Source of the DNA: Takakia lepidozioides
Taxonomy: Eukaryota > Plantae > Bryophyta
Assembly (NCBI GenBank): GCA_030704615.1
Contig: CM060733.1
Location: forward strand, 12,772,001-12,836,000
Reading direction: 5' to 3'
DNA: 64,000 nt
Below are positions 46,708-60,100 of the stretch, in pieces. Position 1 is the first letter of the stretch; every line of letters begins with the position of its first letter. The notes under the pieces are model-generated. The model had not been told where the DNA came from. It worked only from the letters and a program-made list of their open reading frames with translations, and searched no databases. The translations under genes were made by a program, and so were the position numbers.

Positions 46708-49700
46708 ATGGGGTCGGGCAAGCCGAAGCGAAAGCGGAACGGCCCAAAAGATGATGATCCCGGTGAGCCCGATGGGGGCGGCGTGTCACCGAGGCGGCCG
46801 TTTGAGGAAGCGATGCATGTTTCCGAAAACGAGGCCACCCAAGAGCGGGAGGAATCTGAGGAGTCGGAGCCCGAGGAATCCTTGAGAGCTCCGACAAACC
46901 AAGAGATGCCTCCCATGCCGGCAGCCTTTTGGGAAGGGTTGTTGGCGCAGTTTGGCGGGACGTTGAAAGACGTGTTGAAGGCGGCTAATGCCACTTCTAC
47001 TAAGGCAAAGTTTAAGGTGAAGCCTAAGGAACCCGGCACCTTCAAGGGCGTCCAAAATCGGAAGGCACTCAACACCTGGCTCTTGGAGCTGGAGCAGTAC
47101 TTCCGGGCGGCCAAGTTGAGTGACGAGGATCGCGTGGAAGTGGGGCTATGCTCAACAATGGTGGCAGAAACGCTTCACGACCGAGGTCCAAGTCCGGAAA
47201 CCTTGAACTGGAGTGGGTTCAAGGAATTGTTGAAGAGACAGTTTGTGCCCCTCAACGCATCCTGGCTTGCCCGGGACAAGATGAGGAATTTGAAGCAAAC
47301 AGATGACATTCGGGGGTACGTCCAGGCTTTCAATGTGCTGTTGCTCGAAGTCGCGGACATGGCAGAACCAGAAATGGTATTCAACTTTGTGGCGGGACTG
47401 GCCCCATGGGCCAGGCGGAAGTTGGAGGAGAAGCCACCCAAGACTTTGAACGAGGCAATTGAGAGGGCTGAATGTTTCTCGGATGTCCCTAGGGGTGAAA
47501 GACAAGGCCGTACGGAGCTGAACCACAAGAAGATTCGGCGGGAAGGTGACTCCTTCCGACCGGAAAAGAAGTGGGATAGGCCACGCGGCGAAAATGGCAC
47601 GTGGAAATCGAAGGGAGGGCCTTCACACGTCAAGGCGGCACCCGGTGCTCCGAAAGGAAAAGCGGGTGGAGCGGCTTATGGCGGACAGAAGGCGACCTTT
47701 GATGGAGTGTGTTTCAATTGCGGGGAGCCCGGGCACATGGCCAAGAAGTGCACGAAGCCCCGACAATTGAACATGACTCGGGCGACCACGGAGCTGTCGG
47801 AAGATACCATCAGTCGCTTGGTGGAAGCGGTGGTCGCCAGGACTTGCAAGGTAGGCAAATTTTCTTGTGAGTTGTATCAGGAAACTGGCGCCTTACGAAA
47901 AGGGAGTCAGTTATTGTTCGTGGATGGGATAATATCCGGAACTAATGTGTCGTTGTTGGTGGACACAGGAGCGTCGCACTCCTTCATGACACCGGCAACG
48001 GCACAAAAGCTGGGACTCCCGACAAGTGACGTTGGGGCCTCTATTGAGGTGCGTTCTGCCAAAGGAGAACCACAGTTGGCGACAAGGTTGGCGATAGATG
48101 TTCCTCTTCAACTGGGGAGTTGGGAGGGACGTGAGAACTTCACCATCTGCGAGATCGATGGAGTGGATCTCATTTTGGGGATGACCTTTTTGAGCAAATC
48201 CGGAGCGGTCATAGATGGCCGCAAGAGAGTAGTCACGCTGCCATGTGGGAATGGTGGCGAGGTTTTACGAGTGTCTGAAACGCCCAAATCCGTGGGAGGG
48301 CGAATAAACCTTCTATCAGCAAAGGAGTGGGCCGTGGAGGAGGCACACGAGCCCCAATTTTTGCTTTACATTAGAGAAGTGAAAGGAGAAGGCGATGGGG
48401 AACCCAGCCCAAATTGGATCAAGGGGATTTTGGAGAAATACCAGGATGTGATGCCGGAGGATTTACCAAGCGGCTTGCCACCGCGAAGAGGAGTTGACCA
48501 CAAGATTGAGGTGATACCGGGATCGGAACCGCCCGCCAAGGCGCCCTACCGGTTGAGCCACAGAGAGTTGGTCGAGCTGAAGACTCAGCTCAAGGATCTA
48601 ATGTCAAAGGGGTACATCCGGCCGAGTAAGTCACCTTACGGAGCCCCGGTGCTATTCGCAGACAAGAATGATGGGACGCTGCGGATGTGTGTCGATTACA
48701 GGGCTCTGAATAAGGTGACTATAAAAAACCGGTACCCTTTGCCGAGGATCGACGACCTCTTCGATCGGTTGGCAGGAGCGAAGTATTTCAGCCGGATCGA
48801 CTTGCGCTCCGGCTATCACCAAATTCGGGTGGCGGAAGGAGATGAGGAGAAGACCGCGTGCAGGACAAGATATGGTTCATATGAGTTCTTGGTGATGCCT
48901 TTTGGGCTCACCAATGCACCAGCGACATTTAGCACGCTGATGAACAGCCTTTTCCAGGAGTGGTTGGATGACTTTGTGATCGTGTACATCGACGACATCT
49001 TGGTGTACTCGAAAACAAATGAGGAGCACCTGGAGCACCTCAAAAGGGTGCTCCAAAAATTGCGAGAAGGGAAGCTGTATGCCAAAGCTTCAAAGTGCGA
49101 ATTCGGGGTCACGAAAGTGGAGTTCTTGGGGCATGTGATTACACAGGATGGGATCAAAATGGATGACAGAAAGGTGAGGGCGATCTTGGACTAAGAGCCT
49201 CCGACTTCGGTCCCGAGAGTGCGATCCTTCCTAGGACTCGCCTCCTATTACCGGAAGTATGTGAGAAATTTCGCCAAGATTGCGGGGCCGCTGTCAGACC
49301 TTCTGTGTAAATCTAAAGTCTGGGCATGGAACACCTTTTGTGGCCAAGCTTTTGCTGAATTGAAGCAGCGGATGGCGGAAGCTCCAGCCTTGAAAATCCC
49401 GGAGTTCGATCGTCCATTTGAGATTCATACAGATGCGTCGGACTTCGCGATTGGGGGTGTACTTATGCAAGATGGACGTCTAGTGGCTTACGAAAGTAAG
49501 AAACTGAATGAAGTGGAGCGACGGTGGCCGACGCACAAAAAAGAGATGAAGGCGGTGGTGCATTGCCTTGAGCTCTGGCGCCACTATGTTGGTTCCAACC
49601 CAGTGAAGGTGTTCACGGACAATGTCACGGTGAAGTATTTTGCCACGCAGCCCAAGTTGTCCCCAAAACAACTTAGGTGGCAAGATACTTTGGCAGTGTT

Positions 49701-51251
49701 CGACGTGGATATCCAGTACAAACCGGGACGGGACAATGTGGTGGCCGATGCTTTAAGTAGAAAGCAACAGCTCTTGTTGGTGTACAAGGGCGAGACGGCA
49801 TTCCAAAGGAAGATCCGGAAGGCTTGCCGGAAGGATGAGCTGGCGAAGTCCGTGATGCAGGACTTGAGGATGGGGGTTAAATCGCAATTCCACTTGCAAA
49901 ATGGACTGCTCCGGTACAAGAAAAAGCGTCTCTACGTGCCGAAGGGAGGGATCAGGGATAGTCTCTTGAGAGAATGCCATGATAGCCCGCTTGCGGGCCA
50001 CGGTGGAGCCAAGCGCACTGCGGCACTCTTGAAGAAAGAGTATTTCTGGCCCAAACTGAGGGAGGAGGCAGAGGAGTATGTCAAGACATGCACCACATGC
50101 CAACAAAACCGGAGCGAGTACAAAAAGCAAGCGGGGCTGTTACAACCCTTGCCGATTCCAGAGGGGACTTGGGAAAGCTTCTCGATGGATTTCATGACTG
50201 CTATGCCGCTGTCAAAAGGATTCGATGCAATCATGGTGGTGGTAGATAGGTTCAGTAAAATGAGCCATTTCATCCCCACCAAGGAGATGGCAACGGCGCA
50301 GGAGACAGGGCGACTTTACTTCGCCCACGTCTTAAAGCATCATGGAGTCCCGAAGGATATTGTCTCGGACCGCGATCCAAAGTTTACGAGTAAATTCTGG
50401 AGAGCACTTTGGAAGAAGATGGGGACGAGGCTGAAGATGAGCACCGCCTTCCGACCTACGACGGACGGCCAAACGGAAAGAGTGAATTCCGTAGTGAAGC
50501 AATTCTTGCGGAATTACGTGTCGGCAGACCAATCAGACTGGATGGAACACTTAGACGCGGCAGAGTTTTGTTATAATAACACAGAAAACTCCGCAACGGG
50601 AGTTTCCCCTTTCGTGTTGGTCTATGGAAAAGCACCTCTGGTGCTGACAAGTTGGGCCGCCCAGGACGTTGAGGAACCGGCAGTAGCGGCGGTACTGGAA
50701 GAACGCGAGCGTTTGTTGAAGCTCGCAAAGTACAATATTGCCAAAGCTAGGAAACGGTATGAAAGGCAAGCGAATCGGAAGCGGAGGGAAGTGAAGTTTG
50801 AGGCAGGCATAGAGGTCTGGTTGAACATCAAGAATTTCCGACTACCTCCGGAAGTGAGTCCAAAGTTCGTGCCTCCGTATGCGGGACCCTTTCGCATTCG
50901 GAAGGTTATGAATGAGGATGTGTATGAATTGGAGCTGCCGGCAAACAGCAAGGTGCACCCAGTATTCCATGTCTCCCTTTTGAGGCCTTACTTCAAAGAT
51001 GAAGCGCGTCCGAATCGGCATCAAGTGTTGCGTCCGCCACCTATGCTGTTGGATCATGAAAATGAACCTGAGTACGAGTGGAGGCAATACTTAAGTCGAG
51101 GAGGTTCAGGAACCGAGAAACGGAGTATCTCGTCAAATGGAAGGGCTATCATCATGTGGAGGCATCTTGGGTGCGTGCCTCAGAAATGGGAAACGCATCC
51201 GAGGCGGTTGCAGCTTTCGAAGGGCGACCTCAAAAGCGGAAGAAGCGTTGA
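46708..51251 (+). pseudogene. gag-PR-RT-RNaseH-INT-chromodomain polyprotein of B; stop at 49192-49194 and frameshift at ~51079
   Basis: [43 protein letters not shown]. The shifted frame reads YE(V)EAILKSRRFRNRETEYLVKWKGYHHVEASW (chromodomain). Confidence 0.93.
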
Positions 51252-52156
51252 TGGGGACATCAACCTTGGAGCGTGGGGGAGGAAATGCATGCTTGGCCAG
51301 GTTTAGCTAGCTCAGGAATCCGATTGCAAAAACTTGTATTGTACAAAAATTTGTTATAAAGGAAATGGGTTCCAAATATTGTGCGTCCTATTGTGTTTGG
51401 AATGGTGATGCATGGTGTGGTTGGCTAGTGTGTAGAATGCATGCTAGCTTACAAAAGTGGGAGAGGTAAATTGGGTAATCGTGTGTTTGCGCAGTGCCAA
51501 AATCGGGTGACTCCCATCCAAGGGGCAAGGAAACTTGCGCCTTCTTTGGGAGTTCACGTGCTAGTGCGCACCTGGCGCGTGCGCGTACTATAACTGCGCT
51601 ACCGAGGGGGTTGCCTTGTAGTGCGGGCTAACGCGGAAGCTACGTGCTTCCGTTCACGTACTATAATCGTGTAGCCTCGGGACGAAGTCGTAGTGCGGCT
51701 TTGGCGTGTTCCCGTACCTCAGGCCAGCATTCCAAGGCGGACCCAATTGTAGTGATTGGGGCGCACGGTTGGTTCAAGGTTATCTTCCTAGTCAAAGAGG
51801 GTTCCAGGTGAACCCTTGCTCAAGGTGATGCCAAAAGCGACATCATGAGCGATCACAAGCAATGTTGTTGCAGTAAGGCGATTCGATCCTCGGGGAGGAT
51901 CGTTCCTTGGCCTTGAAGTAGGCCAAGAAGAGTGCACTGGGAGGAGCTGGAGAGGCTCCACCCTTGGCCGGGACTTGGAGGAAGTCGGCCGAACTAGCTA
52001 GTGGAGAGTAGAGTCAAGTGTGGGGTTTGGTTCTTTGCCATGGGACGCCATGGTACAGAAACAAACTCCTTGATGTGGGACGCCACAACTTGGATGTTCG
52101 TTTCTACAAAATGGACAAGTCGATGAGGACATCGACTCCCTGTTGGTAGGGGTGTG

Positions 52157-52250
52157 TGTCGCGGCCCTTTGCCTTGAGGGCAGGGGGTCGGGACACATGA
52201 GGGGCTGCCCCTGTGGTGGGGGCAGCGGCAGCGATAGGTATGGGGGGCTG
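52157..52250 (+). repeat. 3' LTR of B, first 94 bp
   Basis: Matches 45926-46019, then switches to TGTTAGAGG. Confidence 0.93.
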
Positions 52251-52372
52251 TGTTAGAGGACTGTCGGGGACTTAGACACTTATACGGGATCTGTAGGGTA
52301 CCCTTAATTTTTGCACAGACTGAGACCAACAGGAGCCTTAGGGGTGACAGCAGCGCACTGTAGAGGGGGGTT

Positions 52373-52645
52373 ACACAGCCCGTCACAGCCGTCACAGTCG
52401 TCACAGCAGACACAGCCGACACAGCCGACACAGCCCGGCACAGCCAACACAGCCCGTCACAGTCGTCACAGCCAACACAGCCAACACAGCCCGTCACAGT
52501 CGTCACAGCAGACACAGCCGACACAGCCGACACAGCCCGGCACAGCCACACAGCCAGTCATAGCCCGACACAGCCAAACACAGTCGCACAGCCAGTCACA
52601 GTCCGTCACAGTTTCACACAGCCAGTCACAGCTTGACAGCTGTCA
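52373..52645 (+). repeat. CACAGCC-based minisatellite in the family-A LTR
   Basis: Read directly. A separate 3 x ~29-bp repeat lies at ~52791-52897. Confidence 0.85.
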
Positions 52646-53233
52646 CGATCATAGGGAACGAGAGTAGGACAGGGAACGACTGTGGGGAACAACACCTGCG
52701 AAGGGAACATGTTAGTTCACAGACGACGGTTAGTGAGGGAAACGGTTAGAACCGCGGATAGGAAGATAAAGGAGAAACGGGGGATTCGGAGGGGGACTTC
52801 GGTGATAGATCATTCGGAAGGGGACTTCTTGGTGATAGATCATTCGGAGGAGGACTTCTTGGTGATAGATCATTCGGAGGGGACTTTTGGTGATAGAGGA
52901 GAGGGGATCGGGCAGAGATGAAGAACGGAAGTGAAGATAGAGAGATGATGAATAGATGCTTGATATATGCAAGGCTGTAATGATATTGTAGAGGAGATTA
53001 GAGACACAATGGCTTCGGCCTGATACCTGATAAATCATAATCGGATACTTTTACGATACAAACACACTGTGTAGAGAGATCTGAGTGAAGCTGTGGAATG
53101 AATGGATGAGTTGATGGAATCCAATAGATTGATAAAGCAAACTGATACTTAATTATCAATGGTAAGATAGTTAACATGAATACCAAAAGGGAAACAAATA
53201 GGAAACACCCCCATGATACACTAGCTGTAGGTC

Positions 53234-53929
53234 ATGACTGATTGTTCTGCGCGGGCTGAGTACTTAGAGATTTCCAACTCTTCAATCTTGGAGTTTCCGC
53301 CTCGAATAGCGAAGGGATGGGTGAGTAAAAGCCGCGCGACATTTGGCGACCATACTGGGGACCTGAGACATGAACAACCAGATGTGACAGGCATCTGGTG
53401 GGATCATGGTGGTTGGACCATTAAAGAATTTGAAGTGAATCAAATTCCCTGTGGAACGAAGGAAGAAAGATTGTCCAAACAATTCTTTCAAAGGTTCTTG
53501 GAATTGCCAGACGGTTGTAAAGAAAATATTCTTAAACGAGTGCATGATGCTGATCCAGAATGGGGTCTGGAGAAAGGAGTGATAAAGATTTATCAGGTAG
53601 CCTGTAGAGGAAGAGCACGTTGGTTACCAACATTGGTTTATGTGATAGCATTGCTATCCATTAAACGAGTAGAGTTTGAAGGCTGGGAAGAAAGAAAGGT
53701 GAATGTTTATACTCATATGCATGAAGAGCTTGTACTGGTAAAGAATTGGATTCCAAAGGATATTTTGTGGATCAAACTCACACCAAGAACAGCTTTTCAG
53801 ACTTGTTTGCCATATGGTTATATGGTAACGGAGACTTCAAGTATAGCCAAGGGTGCATTGAAGCTTGAAAGAAACCCAGGCATATACGAGAGATATTACA
53901 GAAGAGAGTTTTGGTTATTGCCACATTAA
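53234..53929 (+). CDS. ORF0, 231-aa unknown protein upstream of gag
   Basis: Intact ORF; conserved with the left copy. Confidence 0.7.
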   Translation: MTDCSARAEYLEISNSSILEFPPRIAKGWVSKSRATFGDHTGDLRHEQPDVTGIWWDHGGWTIKEFEVNQIPCGTKEERLSKQFFQRFLELPDGCKENILKRVHDADPEWGLEKGVIKIYQVACRGRARWLPTLVYVIALLSIKRVEFEGWEERKVNVYTHMHEELVLVKNWIPKDILWIKLTPRTAFQTCLPYGYMVTETSSIAKGALKLERNPGIYERYYRREFWLLPH

Positions 53930-53950
53930 AAGAAATGAAAGACATGGGAC

Positions 53951-56900
53951 ATGAGTGATGAAAGAGAAGCTAGACGACAGAGATATTCAGCAAAAAGAGA
54001 AAGCTATCTGAAAGCTAATTATCCATATCTTTGGGAGAGAGGAATAGACATAGGGGAATCATCTGGACCTCTCACACCATCAAGATCAAAGAGTGCATCA
54101 CCTATACCGGAAGAACTAGAGTTGGATGCCACTCCTTCTGTTTCTTTGCAAGAAAGATTAAGGGAATTGGTACAGGAAGAAGATCAATCACGAGGTGAAA
54201 GATCTGAGGTACATCCTTGGATAAAAGACTTGACAGAAATCTTTGATAAGAGTTGGCATGGAACACCAAAAGCAGGAACTCCAGTTTCTGAAGCAGAAGG
54301 TGAAGAAGGAGAAGAGGATGTGGCAGAGCCAACGGAGAGTTCAGACTCTCCAACACCATTACAGTTGAGTTACATGAGTGAAGAAGAAACCCAAGGGCAG
54401 AACTTGGAGGATGAAAACAGAGAGAAGAAATTAGAAGAGGAAGAATATGAAGAAGTAGACCCAACAGCTGAGGTTGAGACTACAACCAGGACATCCCAAC
54501 CCGTTGGACCTGGATCAAGTGGAGCACTTGGATCACAGGCCAACGAAGGTGTCGGCTCAGGGGGATCAGGCGGGCTGCCTGGATCTGGCTCTGGGGGGAC
54601 AGGGAGTGTGGGAAGTAGTGCAACTGAAGCTGGGAATACTGTGAATATCGTGGGGCCAGAAGCAAGGAGTGCTCAAGGGCCACCACTTGGTGGAAGATCC
54701 ACCACAAAAACAACAGGTCCAGAAGGACCAGCACCAGCAAGGGTGCCAGCACCTGTCAGTGGGCAGAAGGTAGGGCCACAGATGGCGTTACAACCAACAC
54801 GGGCAAAACCACCCTTTCCAATATATTCAGGAAAAGGGGATCCCGATGTACACATTAGCCAATTTGAGCACATGTGTATAGTGAACAATGAGAATGGCGA
54901 TGATGCCAAGATGAGACTGTTTCCTTGTTCACTTATCAAGAAAGCAAGTGAATGGTATGCAAGATTCCCTGATAATCATTTCCTAACCTGGAATGGCTTG
55001 AATACACACATTTCGAAATAGGTTCAGGACAAGTAAAACTGAGGATGAAGTGTATGGAAGTTTACAACAGCTGAAGCAGAAGAAGCATGAAACTGTTGAA
55101 GAGTATATGGAGAAGATGGAATTGATGATGAAAAAGCTGGCTGCAGTACCAGCGCCCGGGTTACAGAAGACTTGGTTTGTGAGTGGACTAAGACCAGAGT
55201 TGCAAAAGAAAGTGGATATGTTACCCCATAATACAGTGGAGGAGGCATTTGAAACTGCGAACAGAATTGAGCAATTGGGAATGCTCAGGAGAGAGAAAAA
55301 AGAAGATGAGGACTCTGAGGATGAGTCAGATGAAGAAGAAGAGCAAGAACTAAAAAGAAAGAGTAAGAGAAAGGAGAAGTTGAAGAGGGATAACTATGAA
55401 AAAAAATTGGAAGAAATCTTGAAGAAGTATGCCACAGAGGCTGCAACACATTGGAGGAAGGGTGTATGGTGTGCAAAGTGCCAGAATGAAGGCCATACCA
55501 CCACAGAATGCCACATGAAGGAGAAACACTGTACTATCTGTAAAATGGATAACCATTCTACTGAGAATTGTTACTACAACAGAAGGACAGCTGCAAGAGA
55601 ACCTAGGCAAGTAAGGGTGCATCAGGTGCAGCCCCAGCCAAGAAGAAACAATGATCAGGACCACTATGGTAGGTCTGGTGGTTATAACAATGGCATGGAA
55701 GGGAGAGGTAATTCAAGAGGGAATTACCAAGGAAATTCCAGAGGCAACTATCAGGGTAATCCAAGGGGGAATTACCAGCCCGGGAATCAGGATTATAGAA
55801 ATAATCCAAGAACAGACCAAGGGCGAGGACCCAATGGTGAAGAGCTATGTTACTATTGTAATCAGCCAGGACATCGCAAGGCAGCCTGTTCATTCTGGAT
55901 AAGACACCAGAATGAGATGAGAGCTCCTGTGAATGAGGGCCCAGTGGTGGCAGCTCACATGGTTAGGCCATGTGTTGTACCAGAAGTAAGTACAATGATA
56001 GTAACAAGAAGTAAAGCCAAACTAATACCTCCAGTAGAAGAGGAAGAAGATGAGACTGGAAGTGGCAATGATATGCCTGAAGATGAAGAGACTTGGAAAG
56101 ATGAGAAGGAACTGCACAAGGAAGTGGCAGATACTATAAGGGAAATGCAAAAGAGTACTGATATTCCTGTGGCAGATTCCTCTGATTCGGATGGAGAAAA
56201 GAAGGGAGTGAGGAAGAAAGGAAAAAAGAAGATGCAGACATGCAAAGTAATGAAGAGACTTTGGCTGCAGTAATATGTCAGACCAAAGCAGAAATTACCA
56301 TTGGACAGCTATTAGCTGTGGCACCTTATTGTAGGCACAGGCTGTATCAAGCAATCAATCGAATTGCCCAAGAGACAGGAAACACAGACCTGAACAGCAA
56401 GGTGACCAGTTATAATGTGAAGCCGGAAGGGCGAGAACCAGTCATGGACTTTGATGATTCTATGCCAGTAATCCAATTGAGAATTGGAAGCACAGAACTA
56501 ACTGATGTACTGATAGATGGTGGTTCTGGAGTAAATATCATGACAGACCAATTAAGGAAGAAGCTTGGTCTAAGTAACATGAAACCAGCCCCATTTACAG
56601 TAACAATGGCAGATCAAAGAAGTGTACAGCCATTGGGATTAATAAGAGGAGTTAAGATACAGATACAGAAAATGATCTTTATGATCACAGTAACTGTATT
56701 AAAAATGGATGAAGTCATGGAGGCTTACTCCTTATTATTGGGACGTCCGTGGCTGAAACAGGCCAGGGTATTCCATGACTGGAATTCTCAGTTACTAACC
56801 GTGCATAATGGGATACACGAGATACAAATTACCACAAAGAAATCTAGTAGATTACCTGCTACAAGAAGACCTCGAGGAGTCAGAGAGTATGACTGGAGAG

Positions 56901-57091
56901 GAGGACTGGATGAGGAGCAGGAAGCTACCCTATTTGCTGCACACCCAGAGTGGGAGCAGGTTGCAGAGATGCGGCTGGAAAGCCTAAGTTGTTTGAGAGG
57001 TATCTGCTGTGGTGTAGTGACAGCAACACCAACTGAAGAGGAAACCAGCATTTACCCATCACATTTCTATGAAGAAGAGAAGGAGAAATAG
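53951..57091 (+). CDS. gag: Gag-protease of family A (1-bp frameshifts at ~55010, ~56205 and ~57077)
   Basis: YSGKGDPDVHISQF...RLFPCSL; three CCHC knuckles; LIDGGSG. The left copy is in frame at these three points. Confidence 0.85.
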
Positions 57092-57114
57092 AAATCCTAG
57101 AAGAACCAGCCACT

Positions 57115-60100
57115 GTGAGCTTACAGGATGAAGTGGTGACTGGTTGGACAATCACAGCTGATGAGCAGGTGAGAGAAGTAAATGTGGGAACTAAGGAGGA
57201 ACCGAGGATGGTGAAAGTAGGAGCTGATTTGGAGCCGGAATTCTTCGAAGAAGCTAAAAGCTTGTTCATCAAATACAGAGATGTATTTGCTTGGAGCTAT
57301 GAGGATCTAAAAGGGATACCACCTGAAGTCTGTCAGCATAAGATTGAACTGGAACCAGGGTCAGTACCAATCAAGCAGGCGAGGTATAGAATGAATCCCA
57401 ACTACGCACAGAAGGTTGGAGAAGAGATAAAGAAGTTGGCTGAGGCTAAGTTTATATACCCAATAGAGTATACAACTTGGTTGTCACCCATTGTTATAGT
57501 TCCCAAGAAGAATGGCAAACTAAGAGTATGTGTGAACTATAAGAAGCTGAATGCTTGTACGAAGAAAGATCCTTTCCCTTTGCCATTCACAGAAGCAGTA
57601 TTAGACACTGTGGCAGGCCATGAGATGTACTCATTCATGGATGGCTTCAGTGGTTATAATCAAGTGCAAGTGGCAGAAGAAGACCAAGGGAAAACAGCTT
57701 TCATCACAGACTGGGGGGCTTATGCATACAAAGTCATGCCCTTTGGACTTTGTAATGCACCAGCGACCTTTCAGAGAGTGATAAGTGAATCTTTTCATGA
57801 GTATCTGGATGATTTCATGCAGGTATTCTTGGATGATTTCAGTGTGTACAGCTCTAAGAGTGAGCACTTGCATAAATTGGAGTTATGTTTGGCCAGATGC
57901 AGGATGAGAGGTCTGGGCCTGAATCCAGAGAAGTGTACTTTCTGTGTGAACTCAGGGGTGCTTCTGGGACACATTGTGTGTAAGAAGGGACTCCTTGTGG
58001 ATCCCAGAAAGACAGAGTCCATTAAAGCCTCTCCACCACCAGTGAATGTTAAAAGTCTACGGAGATTCCTTGGGCAAACCAGTTATTACAGGAGATTTGT
58101 CAAAAGGTATGCACAAATAGCAGCACCATTGAGCAAACTACTGAAGAAAGATGCAGTGTTTGCCTGGACAGCTGAATGTCAACAGGCGTTTGAGGAACTT
58201 ACACTGTCAGTAACAACTACACCTGTGCTGATTAACCCTCACTGGCATGTAGTATTCCATGTTCACTGCGATGCATCAGGAGAAGCGTTGGGAGCGGTGT
58301 TAGCCCAGAATGTTACAGGGAATATAGATTCACCTGTGTACTATGCTAGCCGGTTGATGAACAGTGCTGAGAGGAACTATAGCACAACGGAAAGAGAAGC
58401 ATTGGCAATGATTTATGCAGTCAAGAAATTCAGGCATTACCTATTGGGAAGAAAGTTTATGTTTTATGTGGATCACCAGGCTCTGATATATCTGGTGAAC
58501 AAACCTTTGATAAGTGGAAGGATAGCGAGGTGGTTAATAATCTTGCATGAGTTTGAGTTCGAGGTTATTTACAAGCCTGGCCGTTTGCATCTTGTGGCAG
58601 ATCATTTGTCACGACTAACAACAGGAGAGGCCGCCACAGGAGTGGACGATCAGTTACCTGATGCGAGTTTATTTGTAATGGAGGTGCAAGGAAGTGCAGA
58701 TGAATGGTTAGATTGGCAGTGGCCAATCAGATACTACCTTGCTCATGGTCAGTGCCCACCTAGTTATGGTAAGGAGCAGAGGAAGAGAATCGCTATCAAA
58801 GCTTTACCTTATACTATGGTAGGAAGCAGAATGTATAAGTTAGGACCTGATGGAGTACTAAAACGATGCTTGTACCACCATGAAGTAAATAAAGTTTTGG
58901 CGGAAGTTCATAAAGGAGTGGCTGGAGGTCATTTTGGAGAAGAGACTACCAGTAGAAAGATACTACTCGCAGGATACTGGTGGCCTACTTTGTTCAAAGA
59001 TGTACACGAGTATTGTCAGAAGTGTGATGAATGTCAGAGGCTAGGACCTTTGCAGAGATCTGGAAGGATGGCCTTGCATCCTACAATGCCTACGGAACCA
59101 TTTCAGAAATGGGGACTAGACTTTGTTGGACCAATTAACCCACCATCCAAGAATACACGAAACAGGTACATAATTACAGCCACTGATTATACTACAAAGT
59201 GGGTGGAAGCTAAAGCTTTGAGGGACAACACAGCCAAGTCCACAGCAAGGTTCCTGTACGAGAACATACTTACACGATTTGGCTGTCCCTTAGAATTTAT
59301 CAGTGATCAAGGAAGTCACTTCATGAATGAGACCATTGAGTTGTTGACTAAAGAGTTTATGATTGTGCATAGAAAGAGTACAACATATTACCCACAGGGT
59401 AATGGGCAGGCAGAGGCTACCAACAAAATACTATGTACTATCTTGGCTAAGATAGTCAATGCAAACAGAACGGATTGGGATACAAAGCTGCTGACAGCTT
59501 TGTGGTCATACAGGACTTCATATAAAGTCACCACTAAGTATACACCATTCCAATTAGTTTATGGTATGGAAGCCTTACTTCCAGTGGAATTCCTGTTACC
59601 TACCATGAGAACGGAGTGGGGAAAAAGAATGGAATTGCAAGACTCCATCAAGGTCAGGAAACATGAATTATACCATGTGGAAGAAGTACGTGCTGATGCA
59701 GCTGATAATATGACCAGAATTCAGATGAAGCGAAAGGAACAGTTTGATGAAGGCAAGTTAAAGACTTTTAAGACGGGGGATTTGGTTCTATGGTTGCAGA
59801 AGAAAGGAAAGATTCAAGCTTCTAAGCTTAAATCACCGTGGAAAGGACCTTATGTCATACAAAAGATGTATGATAACAACACCGCCATGTTACAAACCAT
59901 TAACAAAGAAATGCTGGGAAGAGTCAATGCAAATAAGTTGAAGGGGTACAGTGGTATCCATGACAAACCCCTGCAGCATGATTTGCATGTTGAACCGCAA
60001 GAGCAGTCACGGGCTGCACCAGTGTTACGAACGGAGTATGGAACACTTGTCGCTAGGCCCAGCATATATGACCAGGGTGGGCAAAACAAACGTGACACAT

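Larger units (their letters stand above)
45926..52250 (+). mobile_element. Ty3/gypsy chromovirus B; 3' LTR interrupted by family A
   Basis: 5' LTR with TGTCGCG...CGCGACA ends, PBS, gag-pol with chromodomain, purine-rich tract at ~52145-52156, 3' LTR from 52157. Confidence 0.95.

Noticed and set aside
53000-53230. LTR end and PBS of family A
   Set aside because: No convincing CA + TGG tRNA-complementary site is shared by both copies and the 3' LTR is outside the window, so no boundary is called.
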